64,000 nucleotides of DNA from positions 23,808,001 to 23,872,000 of the forward strand of contig OZ024743.1 of NCBI GenBank assembly GCA_964016885.1, read 5' to 3'. A model generated the notes under the pieces. The model was given only the letters and a program-made list of their open reading frames with translations, did not search any database and was not told the DNA's origin. This document shows positions 54,600 through 64,000 of the stretch, piece after piece. The stretch is from Eledone cirrhosa (taxonomy: Eukaryota). Position 1 is the stretch's first letter; every line of letters starts with the position of its first letter. Made by a program: the position numbers and the translations under genes.

Positions 54600-55400
54600 A
54601 TACCTAGGATTTTTATGGATTTTTGCAGTATAAATAGTTGATTCATTAAGTATATTTCCTCACATTGATAATTGAATAATTGATTATGGAAGTGAATCAA
54701 TTATGCTTTTGAGGGATCAAATTGTAGACCATTTTCTTTTTCCCATTCAGTTGATAGGGCTGTGCATAATTTGGTTTTGTTGTTGATGATACTAGAAGAA
54801 GTATATAAGTTGATATCATCTACAAAATCTGATACTTCCACAATTTTATTTAGAGGTGTTAACAAGTTCTTTGTGTAATATAGAAAGAGAATGGGTGAGA
54901 CTGGAGAACGCTGTGGGAGGCCCTTTAGAAGGTAAATAATTTTGCATTTCTCATTATGCAAAATCAGATTTGTACTATGATGAGAGAGAAAGCTTTCAAC
55001 CCAGTTGCAAAGATAGTTTGGAATTTCAAATTGATGTAATTTCTTAACTAGAGTGTTATGAACTTTATCATAAGCTCCCTTTATATCTAGTGAAATTAAA
55101 TTGGTTGATTCTTTTCAAAAGTTTTGAGTTTCTTATGTATGTGCTTATTTCTTGTACACAATTCTCAGTATTTCTATTCACTCGAAATCCAAACTGTGAT
55201 TTGGGGAAATGTTCATTGTCTCTCCTAAGAAAGATAATGTATTAACTATAATTTTTTTCTAACATTTTAGATAGATTATTGGACGATATGATCTGGTAGA
55301 GTGGTAGCTGTCCTTTATATGCTTTAGGTATTACTAACATATGGGTTAATTTCAATATATCTGGATGATGTTGAATTTTAATTATATTAAATAACTGTAA
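54600..55400 (-). mobile_element. Decayed LINE reverse transcriptase (I/Jockey-like)
   Basis: ISLDIKGAYDKV, GLPQRSPVSPILF, FVDDINL, W..ENGLQFDPSK motifs with frameshifts. Confidence 0.75.
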
Positions 55401-55800
55401 CAAAGAATAATTTATTGAGGTGGAGAAGCAAGTTCCACAGTTATCTCCCATTGACCATCATAACTTTACAATTATGAATGATACCACTGAAAAATTTCAT
55501 GAATTTCTTTTTGCGGTTTTAAAATCTTAAGGGCTGGAAATTTATTTTCAAAATTATTATAAATTTTCATCGCTGCCATGTAACCAAGGGCATGGTTTCC
55601 AACACACACACAAAGAATGTTTCTTTTAGGCTGATTCCATTGATAATTCAGTCAGCTGGAGTGGAAATACAGGCAAAACTAAAAAGATTCTGAAGAAAGA
55701 AATACAAATTAGTGTTTAGAAAGAAGAACAATTGTTAAATATTTGACTCTATATTGAGAAGTAGACAACATTTGACTCCTAATGTTACTACTACTACTAT

Positions 55801-55843
<43 letters not shown>

Positions 55844-56651
55844 GAAAAATGTAATCTGCCCAATGGACAGCTGGTGATGTCTGACATAAAGAGTTCTTGC
55901 TTGTTTTACAAGAAAGTAAGAGAAGAAGTTGAGTCTACATTATATCTGCCATCTGTAGCTACAGATATATGTTGATGAGATTCTAGTCAATTGGGTATTG
56001 AGAAAGAATATAGAGAAAGAATTACAGGTTATTGGAAAGCTATCAAAAACAATTAGAATTATATCATTAAGTCTCTCTTATTAAGGTACACAATATTGGT
56101 GAAGGTTGAATTGTTTGTTGTTTGACAACAAACCAAGCCATATAGACATTGTATCTATTCAAAAACATAATCAGGTTGAAATAATCTCAGGGGTTTATAT
56201 CCCATGCCTAATAAACATTGAAATACTAAATGTATTGATTGTTGCTAAGAAAAATGTATTTATGCACAAAACTATATCAAAAATGGGTTGCCACAGTATT
56301 TAATAACCCAACTTCAAACCTATTTGTGATCTGTGCAGTAGATGAGTTGACAAAACTTCTGTTAATCTGATGGTCTTAGCTATAAATAACCATAACTGTT
56401 CATTTTCTTGGTAGATGTATTTTCTAGAAGAAACATCTGTGTCAGTAAAATGTTGTTTATCTGCAAGTTTTGACACCCCTGATTATGCCTAACACTATCT
56501 TAGTGCCAATTAACTATAACCAGCCAAGTTTGTACTATATGTAAATGAGTATTCTCAGCTGATATTTTCTGTTTTCCATTTGTTATATCCAAATGGACAT
56601 CACCAGCAATTGATCATCACTACTCTATTTTCATATCAGTACCAGTTGAGG

Positions 56652-56704
56652 GAATGCCACTGATGAGAGGTTAACAAATCTTGAAACAGCATTGTCTGGC
56701 ATTC
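56652..56704 (+). ncRNA. Type I hammerhead ribozyme, family A copy 1
   Basis: GAATGCCA-CTGATGA-GAGGTT(aaca)AATCTT-GAAA-CAGCATTG-TC^TGGCATTC: perfect 8-bp stem I, full core, GUC cleavage triplet (cut after 56696). Confidence 0.85.
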
Positions 56705-56819
56705 TTGACTGTTACTGATATATCTGTAATGTGTTCACAAAGTGGAAAAGAGAAAAATAATTTTTTCGTGACAAAAAAATATTTCTTTGATAGTGAGGCT
56801 CTCATAATTTTATTGTATA

Positions 56820-57719
56820 CTAGCAGTGGTACCCGGCGTTGCACGGGATAAGGTATTTTGGAACGCGGGCCGCCAATGGACCTAAAAACTGCATGTCTGG
56901 ACAATATGTAAAGAAAATAAACCGAATACTCTGATGGCTGGATAATCTTTAAGATTTTCCTCAATGAAGCAGGAAAAATGCAGGTTTTCACTTAATGCGG
57001 GCCATAGGGGATCAAGAAAATGATTTTTTTTATGTGCATAATATGCCTTGAAATTTCGGGAAAATCGACTCGATGTAACGCCTCCAAAAAGCCCTAAGAA
57101 GCTAAAAAAATGAAGTTTTTCACCTAATGCGGGCCCTAGGCCATAAGAAAGTTGGATTTTCTTTGCTTACGGTATGAAGAAGAGACTGACTAATACATAG
57201 TTACAATTTCAAGGAAATCGGTCTGACGTAATGCCTCAAAAAACCCCCAAAAATGTTAAACAACGCAGTTTTTCACTTAATGCGGGCCCTAGGAGATTAA
57301 AAAAAGTTGAATTTTTGTATGTGCATAACACCCCCTGAAACATAAGTAATATACATGTAAAGTTTGAAAAAAATCGGTTGGGTACTTCTCGAGTTTTAGG
57401 GATTCAATCTCACACACACACACAGACATCCTCAAGGAAGTGACGTAATGCAGACAGTCAGATATTATAAGGGTGCGACGTTATATGTATGTATCTATCT
57501 TAAAAGAGAAAGACTAAGAATTATAGAGAGAGATCGCTAAATCGCCTAATGCGGTCCCTAGGGCATTGAAAATTTGAAATTTGTTTTGCTCAGAACACTC
57601 CATGAAACATAAGTATTACATGTGTAAAGTTTGAAAACAGTCGGTTGGGTGGTTCTCGAGTTTTAGGGATTCGAACTCACACACACACAGACAGACATCC
57701 TCAGTTTTATATATATAGA
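56820..57719 (-). mobile_element. Non-autonomous Helitron with internal direct repeats
   Basis: Minus strand TCTATATATATAAAACTGAGG ... CCCGTGCAACGCCGGG hairpin, CTAG^T; TAATGCGGGCCCTAGG-like subrepeats. Confidence 0.82.
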
Positions 57720-57796
57720 CTAGCAGAAAACCGCCCACGGGTGGTTTTCTGCTAGTATATATATATATTACACACACAGAAATGTATATATATTTC

Positions 57797-57839
<43 letters not shown>

Positions 57840-58292
57840 CACACACAGAAATGTATATATATTTCTGTGTGTATATATATATATATTACACACACAGAAA
57901 TGTATATATATTTCTGTGTGTATATATATATATTTCTGTGTGTGTATATATATATATATTACACACACACAGAAATGTATATATGTTTCTGTAGTACTCC
58001 TCAATTCCACCCTCTCTCCCTCCCGCTATCCCCCTCTTGTAGTCTGTCTCTTTCTTTCACTCTCACTCTCTCTCTACGCGTGCGCAAAAAACATTCGCAC
58101 GCGCGCACGTGTTTTAGCGTCTATTCACTCTCTCTCCTTCTCTCCCTCCCGCTATCCCCCTCTCGTAGTCTGTCTCTTTCTTTCACTCTCACTCTCTCTC
58201 TACGCGTGCGCAAAAAACATTCGCACGCGCGCACGTGTTTCCACTGTCGGACAGACAGACAGAGAAATTGCTGGTTATATATTATAAGGAGA
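57720..58292 (-). mobile_element. Second Helitron joined head-to-tail to 56820-57719
   Basis: Minus strand A^TCTCCTTATAATATATAACC start; ends in the same terminal palindrome as 2785-2822. Confidence 0.72.
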
Positions 58293-58452
58293 TAAACATG
58301 CAGTATATACTTTCATATACACCCATTATTTTGCTTAGTGCTACTGCCAATTAATTATAACCAGACAAAATGACAGTATATACAAATGGGCTTGTTTGCT
58401 AACTGCTATATGCAAATAAGCATCACCAGAAATGTTCACCACACAAAATCTA

Positions 58453-58650
58453 TAAGGGTCGGCTGAAAAGTTCATAGGCTAACTATGAAGGATTGATGCT
58501 TGGGCTGTGAAATCTTGCATGCCTGGATTTCAGCTCTTGTTATATATAACTGCATTTTTTTCTTCCAGGGACTATGTTGAAAAATAAACTTCATTTGGTC
58601 ATTCCATGAGAGTGTATTGGTCAGTCTATGAATTTTTCAGCCGACCCTCG
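58453..58650. mobile_element. mariner-like MITE
   Basis: TIR AGGGTCGGCTGAAAAGTTCATAG / CTATGAATTTTTCAGCCGACCCT. Confidence 0.8.
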
Positions 58651-58698
58651 AATAGGGTTCCCGTGTTTCGACCATGACTATGGCAGTATTGGTTGAGT

Positions 58699-58751
58699 GA
58701 ATGTCACTGATGAGGCATTAACGAATCTTGAAACAGCACTGTCTGTTATTC
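58699..58751 (+). ncRNA. Type I hammerhead ribozyme, family A copy 2
   Basis: GAATGTCA-CTGATGA-GGCATT(aacg)AATCTT-GAAA-CAGCACTG-TC^TGTTATTC; core intact, one mismatch each in stems I and II. Confidence 0.75.
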
Positions 58752-58875
58752 TCAAGTGTTATTGAAATATCTGTGACATGTTCACGGAGTAAAAGAAAAA
58801 TAATTTTTTTCATATTGAGAAAATAAGTTTTTCTTTGATTGCTCCCATATGTTTATTGTATATAAACAGATTATA

Positions 58876-59588
58876 TGCTTTCACCATTAACGGGATCTTC
58901 TGAAACTAAAAAAAAATCAATCTGTGAACGCAGAAGTAAATATATCGAAAAACGTAACCGAAGGAAAACAGGAAGACGATACTTTGGTTCGTGAAGACGT
59001 TCCCTGGCAATGAACGGAAAAAGGCAGAGATAATACGTCGCTATGTGGCGCGATGAGAACAAATACATGCAAAGACAAAACCACGTTTATGGTATAAATG
59101 GAGTCGTTAGACTAGTATTCTATTTAGGAAACCGAATGATTCTCGCGCGTGTTTATGTGTACGCGCATGTATATGCATGCATAGCGTGTGTTTTCGCGTA
59201 TGCACGGGTATGTACGTATACAGATGTGTGTATATATTTAATTATTATTACTTTTATGATTTTAATAACCTCTGTCATTTTCGTTCAACTAATTTATTTA
59301 CATTATTCTTAACTCCGAAGCCGAGAATCATTCGGTTTCCTAAATAGAATATTAGTCTAATGACTCCATTTATACCATAAATGTGGTTTTACTTTGCGTG
59401 TAATTGTTCTCATCGCTCCACATAGCGACGTATTACCTTCACTCTTTTCCATTCATTGCTAGGGAACGTCTTCACGAACCAAAATATCGTCTTCCTGTTT
59501 TCCTTCGGTTACGTTTTTCGAAATATTTACTTCTGCGTTCACAGATTGATTTTTTTAGTTTCAGAAGATCCCGTTAAGGGTGAAAGCA
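58876..59588. repeat. Long inverted repeat, arms 58876-59145 and 59322-59588
   Basis: Arms of about 270 bp are reverse complements with scattered mismatches; third partial copy at 63471-63620. Confidence 0.9.
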
Positions 59589-59616
59589 GCGATTCTTTGC
59601 TTAAACTTTAATCTGT
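59541..59616 (+). ncRNA. Hammerhead-like fold with core variant CAGAAGA, family D
   Basis: ACAGATTGA..AGTTT-CAGAAGA-tCCC(gttaa)GGGt-GAAA-GCAG..TTGC-TT^AAACT..TTAATCTGT; all three stems form but U4 is replaced by A. Confidence 0.45.
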
Positions 59617-59717
59617 TATTTTAATAAATATTTGCTCTAGGATTCTTATATATTTGATATATATTTATCCTTATTGAGCCCTCTTTGGATTTTAGTCTTC
59701 ACATTTATTATTATTAA

Positions 59718-59787
<70 letters not shown>

Positions 59788-59972
59788 GAGGTAAATATCT
59801 CACTGAGTACTAAGTACCCATAGAGATATATAGGGTGTCTATAATATAATTGTTGTTCTATGGTACTAATTCGAGATACCAGAACTATAAAAATTGATGA
59901 GCAGAACAAACAAACATTAAACAATCCTTTAAATAAATAAAAAAATGATTTAAATATCTACCTGTTCATAAT

Positions 59973-60051
59973 GCTATTACCGGCGGTTTCCATTTACAAA
60001 AGATTAGAAATTCAGAGAATTTCCAGCGGAAAGTAAATTTCATCAGATAGC
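59973..60051 (-). ncRNA. Type I hammerhead ribozyme, family B inverted copy
   Basis: Reverse complement reads GCTAT-CTGATGA-AATTTAC...GTAAATG-GAAA-CCGCCG-GTA^ATAGC. Confidence 0.75.
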
Positions 60052-60416
60052 TATTTCCATTTTATAGGACTTAAGTCCCACAGTCTGCAAATATAATGCC
60101 AACTACCAGCTCGTATGAGTTATTGGCCATAGAACAACAATTGTATTATAGACACCCTATATATCTCTATGGGTACTTAGTACTCAGTGAGATATTTACC
60201 TCATTTTTATATATTCTCCAATTTATGTAGAGAAAAAATTCATTGTTGCTTACTGCTATTTTTTTAGTAGCAAAGCCATCAACAAGTCTGTAATATTCCC
60301 GCTTTCACTAGCGGCCGGTTCACGTGTGGGTCACTTTAACGGCCATAACTCATACGAGCTGGTAGTTGGCATTATATTTGCAGACCGTGGGACTTAGGTC
60401 CTATAGAATGGAAATA

Positions 60417-60496
60417 GCTATCTGATGAAATTTACTTTTCCGTTAGAAATTCTCTGAATTTCTAATCTTTTGTAAATGGAAACTGCCGGTAATAGC
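60417..60496 (+). ncRNA. Type I hammerhead ribozyme with long stem II, family B
   Basis: GCTAT-CTGATGA-[ATTTAC/GTAAAT plus TTAGAAATTC/GAATTTCTAA hairpin]-GAAA-CTGCCG-GTA^ATAGC. Confidence 0.75.
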
Positions 60497-60576
60497 ATTA
60501 TGAACAGGTAGATATTTATTTAAATCATTTTTTAATTTATTTAAAGGATTGTTTAATGTTTGTTTGTTCTGCTCAT

Positions 60577-60614
<38 letters not shown>

Positions 60615-60618
<4 letters not shown>

Positions 60619-60899
60619 GTACCACAACATCCAGTCCTAAATAAATCAGATCGTGTAGGTGTCACGACAAAAAAAAAACACACAGTCCACGCTGTAATGT
60701 GGTCGTGTAGGTAACACGGTAAAAACCTCCCAGTCCACACTGTAAACGTGGTTGGTGTTAGGGAGGGCATCCAGCCGTAGAAAACCCGCCAGACAGTCCT
60801 GAGCAAGACAACCAAACTTGTCTCAAGTGGGACAATTCCCGCCCAGACCCATGCTAGCGTGGAAGATGGACGTTAAACGATGATGATGATGATGATGAT
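60615..60899 (+). mobile_element. RTE LINE 3' UTR-only copy
   Basis: Highly similar to 26307-26578, ending in (GAT)n. Confidence 0.88.
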
Positions 60900-60956
60900 A
60901 TATATAATATCTTTATTAATAGATTTTAATTTTATATCTTATATCTATATTAAAGA

Positions 60957-61026
60957 TATTTCCTCTGATGAACGAAGCAGACGTTTCTGTTAGAATCGTC
61001 TTTGTGAAACCTTGGGTAATGGAATA
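60957..61026 (+). ncRNA. Type I hammerhead ribozyme, family C
   Basis: TATTTCCT-CTGATGA-[ACGAA/TTTGT, GACG/CGTC, TTCT/AGAA stem II]-GAAA-CCTTGG-GTA^ATGGAATA; imperfect stem I. Confidence 0.65.
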
Positions 61027-61200
61027 ATTATATTGTGTTGTTTATTACATAATTAAATAGCTCTGTACTATACATAGAGCACTCTTCTTTCCTTTACCTT
61101 TTCTACGGAAATACTTAACACACCTATATATATAGGAACTTATATGTCAGCCGGGCTCACGAGTAGAAGGACGTATTTTTTTTAATGCAGCATATCACAA

Positions 61201-61309
61201 AATCGGATTTTTATCTGAAGATATCGTTCTCATAACAACAACAAACGTATAAATTACATAATGGATTGCATAAGAGAACCGTTGAAATAATTATTATGAA
61301 TAAACGATT
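61201..61309 (+). ncRNA. Type I hammerhead ribozyme, family E
   Basis: AATCG..TTTAT-CTGAAGA-[GTTCTC/GAGAAC stem II with large loop]-GAAA-TAATTA-TT^ATGAA..CGATT; palindromic minimal stem III (ATAATTAT). Confidence 0.6.
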
Positions 61310-61632
61310 TATGTAACATCAGCAGCTGTCTTAATATTATTTTTATGCCAGGTGGTGCTATTAAGTTAGACATGACCTGGGCCAATACTGGCCGAAACCT
61401 ATCAAAGTTATATATGAATAAAATACGTCGAAGAAGATACGAAGGCTCAAAATTGGAGTAGCAACGCAACGTGAACTGATGGAGACAACTCATTCGTGTT
61501 ACGTATAAGAGTTGCGTCCCTTGTCCCAGAAAACAAAAACTATGACGAAGGTGTTGAGTGTTGTGTGATTATATGATATCGGTCATTTTAATGAACGATC
61601 TCATATAATCACACACTGCAGCTGTACACCCC

Positions 61633-61757
61633 CTTCTTCTTCTTCTTGCTCTTGCTCGATGAGCCCGGGGTCATCCTAAGTCAGCGATCCCAAAGCATCG
61701 TCATACGTAGAGCCGACCAGGTCCACCAGCGCCTTCCATCGATGGCGGACCCGTTCC
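61633..61757 (-). mobile_element. RTE-like LINE extreme 3' end
   Basis: Reverse complement encodes RHRWKALVDLVGSTYDDALGSLT* followed by a (GAA)n tail. Confidence 0.7.
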
Positions 61758-62282
61758 AACTATTTTCAAACTTTACACATGTATTACTTATGTTTCAGGG
61801 AGTTCTGAGCAAAACAAATTTCAAATTTTCAATGCCCTAGGGACCGCATTAGGCGATTTAGCGATCTCTCTCTATAATTCTTAGTCTTTCTCTTTTTAGA
61901 TAGATACATACATATAACGTCGCGCCCTTATAATATCTGTCTGTATGTCTGACTGTCTCCATTACGTCACTTACTTGAGGATGTCTGTATGTGTGTGAGA
62001 TTGGGCTTCTTAGGGCTTTTGGGAGGCGTTACGTCTAGCCGATTTTCCCGAAATTTCAAGGCATATTATGCACATAAAAAAATTCATTTTCTTGATCCCA
62101 TAGGGCCCGCATTAGGTGAAAACCTGCATTGTTCCTGCTTCATCGAGGAAAATCTTAAAGATTATCCAACCATCAGAGTATTCGGTTTATTTACATATTG
62201 TCCAAGCATGCAGTTTTTAGGTCTATTGGCGGCTCGCGTTCCAAAATACCTTATCCCGTGCAACGCCGGGTACCACTGCTAG
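61757..62282 (+). mobile_element. 5'-truncated copy of the Helitron at 56820-57719, inverted orientation
   Basis: Ends TATCCCGTGCAACGCCGGGTACCACTGCTAG^T. Confidence 0.82.
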
Positions 62283-62993
62283 TAAATTATAAAGTTACTT
62301 TTTAAATTAATATTTTGCAGATTCCTAATCGTTCAAAAAATCTAATTCGAAGAGCAATTTTTTAAAAAAATGGTGTAATAAAAGAAAGTTAAACGAAGTT
62401 TATTTTTTCTGACTTTGTTTATTAATTTGTTTCTTTTGTAAATCATGAGAGTTCTCTCATACCGCCTCGTCCGGTATCGTGGAATTAGCGATGTTTGAGT
62501 TATCTTCCTCATATTGTTTTTCTGATATAGTAACAATTATATAAAATTGTTTGTATAAATATTAACAGTGGGTATTTCCAAAGTTTACATGATCCATGTT
62601 AAAACGAATAAATGGGGAACATTTATCAACTGTTGATACAAATCATTTTTGATTAGAGACAAAGGTAGCTTAATTTTTTATCACTTTGTTCTTTAATAAA
62701 TACAAATGCACTTTTGCCTCAAAAATCATTAGTGAGGTTTTCCAGTGCTCATCGCGATATCGTTGTCTTTTGTCCTGGTAGTGGTTCGTTTGTCCACCTC
62801 TTGTTCATGCCATAACTAAATGTTTCCAGCTTTTTTGAGAGTTGTTCCCAACAGCCAGCAGAAGACAGAAAATCTATCAAGAATTAACCAACACCGAGTA
62901 ATTTTTTTACTTCGATCATACCTTTACTTATACAATATTATGTAATAAATATTGGAATAAAGTTTTACTGATACTGTATGTATATATATATAT

Positions 62994-63428
62994 GGCATAC
63001 GTCAAAACGACCGGTCTCAAAAGTGAAACTAATTTTTGATAGTTACGTACACGTTATAAGAGTTATTTAAATTTATATATATAAAATAAAGGAGCAAATA
63101 AGAGCATGATATGAAGTCAGTCATGTGTGTGTGTATATATGTGTGTGTGTGTGTAAACGAATGTAAAAGAATATATGTAGGGCATAGATAAGGTTTCCTA
63201 GAATTTTACACACACACGTGTATATATTATAGTGTGTATGTGTGCATATATAAGTGTATATGTGTGTGTACTTTTACATTCGTTTACACACACACACACA
63301 TGACTGACTTCATATCATGCTCTTATTTGCTCCTTTATTTTATATATATACATTTAAATAACTCTTATAACGTGTACGTAACTGTCAAAAATTAGTTTCA
63401 CTTTTGAGACCGGCCGTTTTGACGTATG

Positions 63429-63430
<2 letters not shown>
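62994..63430. mobile_element. Foldback element with 160-175 bp inverted arms inserted in (TA)n
   Basis: 62994-63169 is the reverse complement of 63271-63430 (GGCATACGTCAAAACG.. / ..CGTTTTGACGTATGCC). Confidence 0.8.
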
Positions 63431-63477
<47 letters not shown>

Positions 63478-63484
63478 TAAAATA

Positions 63485-63560
63485 ACAGATTAAAGTTTAA
63501 GCAAAGAATCGCTGCTTTCACCCTTAACGGGATCTTCTGAAACTAACAAAGTCAATCTGT
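63485..63560 (-). ncRNA. Hammerhead-like fold, family D second copy
   Basis: Reverse complement is near-identical to 59541-59616, with the same CAGAAGA/GAAA core and stems. Confidence 0.45.
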
Positions 63561-64000
63561 AAACGCAGGAGTGGATATTTCAAAAAACGTTGTAACCGGA
63601 GGAAGACAGGAAGACGATATATATTTGGCACTACAACGCTATTAGCTGTCAGTCGAAGCAGCCGATGAAAGCAAAACATCGTTTATTTCCGTATTACTAC
63701 CACGCGTAAGTGGAGTTACTTAAATGAAATTTTTTTTTTTTCACGCGTTTTTTTTTTTATTTTTTATTAAAGCATATAGATGTAAGTGGAGTTACTTAAA
63801 TGAAAATATAGGTGGCCCTTAAAAGGGCCAAATTAGAATATACCGCTGCGTTTTTACAGTTTTACTAGTTACACATACACACATATATATATATACACAC
63901 GGTGTCCCCTCCAAAATATATACAAACTTTGGCACTACAACGCTATTAGCTGTCAGTCCAGTGGAAAACAGGCGAAGGTGACGTCACTCGTCAATATCGT

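Larger units (their letters stand above)
59784..60581. repeat. Interlocked inverted repeats (59784-59862/60127-60206 and 59892-60128/60341-60581)
   Basis: Direct reverse-complement matches. Confidence 0.9.

Overview
AT-rich, microsatellite- and transposon-dense animal genomic DNA; the repeat landscape suggests an octopus or other coleoid cephalopod (inference). One host protein-coding gene is supported: a VGLL4/Tgi-like Tondu-domain TEAD cofactor on the + strand, with coding exons 20206-20702, 28293-28409 and 35551-35816 and three TDU motifs. The rest is intronic or intergenic DNA holding tRNA-derived SINEs, about 13 TTAA-flanked piggyBac-type MITEs, LINE relics (RTE, CR1, R4-like, CRE, I/Jockey-like), non-autonomous Helitrons, a decayed piggyBac transposase and a 1.8-kb 19-bp minisatellite. 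The strongest unexplained signal is a cluster of type I hammerhead ribozyme motifs at 56.6-63.6 kb: six with canonical cores in four sequence families, plus two copies of a core variant. They include a hammerhead-delimited tandem repeat of about 370 bp (retrozyme-like) split by a head-to-tail Helitron pair, and hammerheads inside long inverted repeats (Penelope pLTR-like). All structures were folded by eye, and most short ORFs in the track are spurious.
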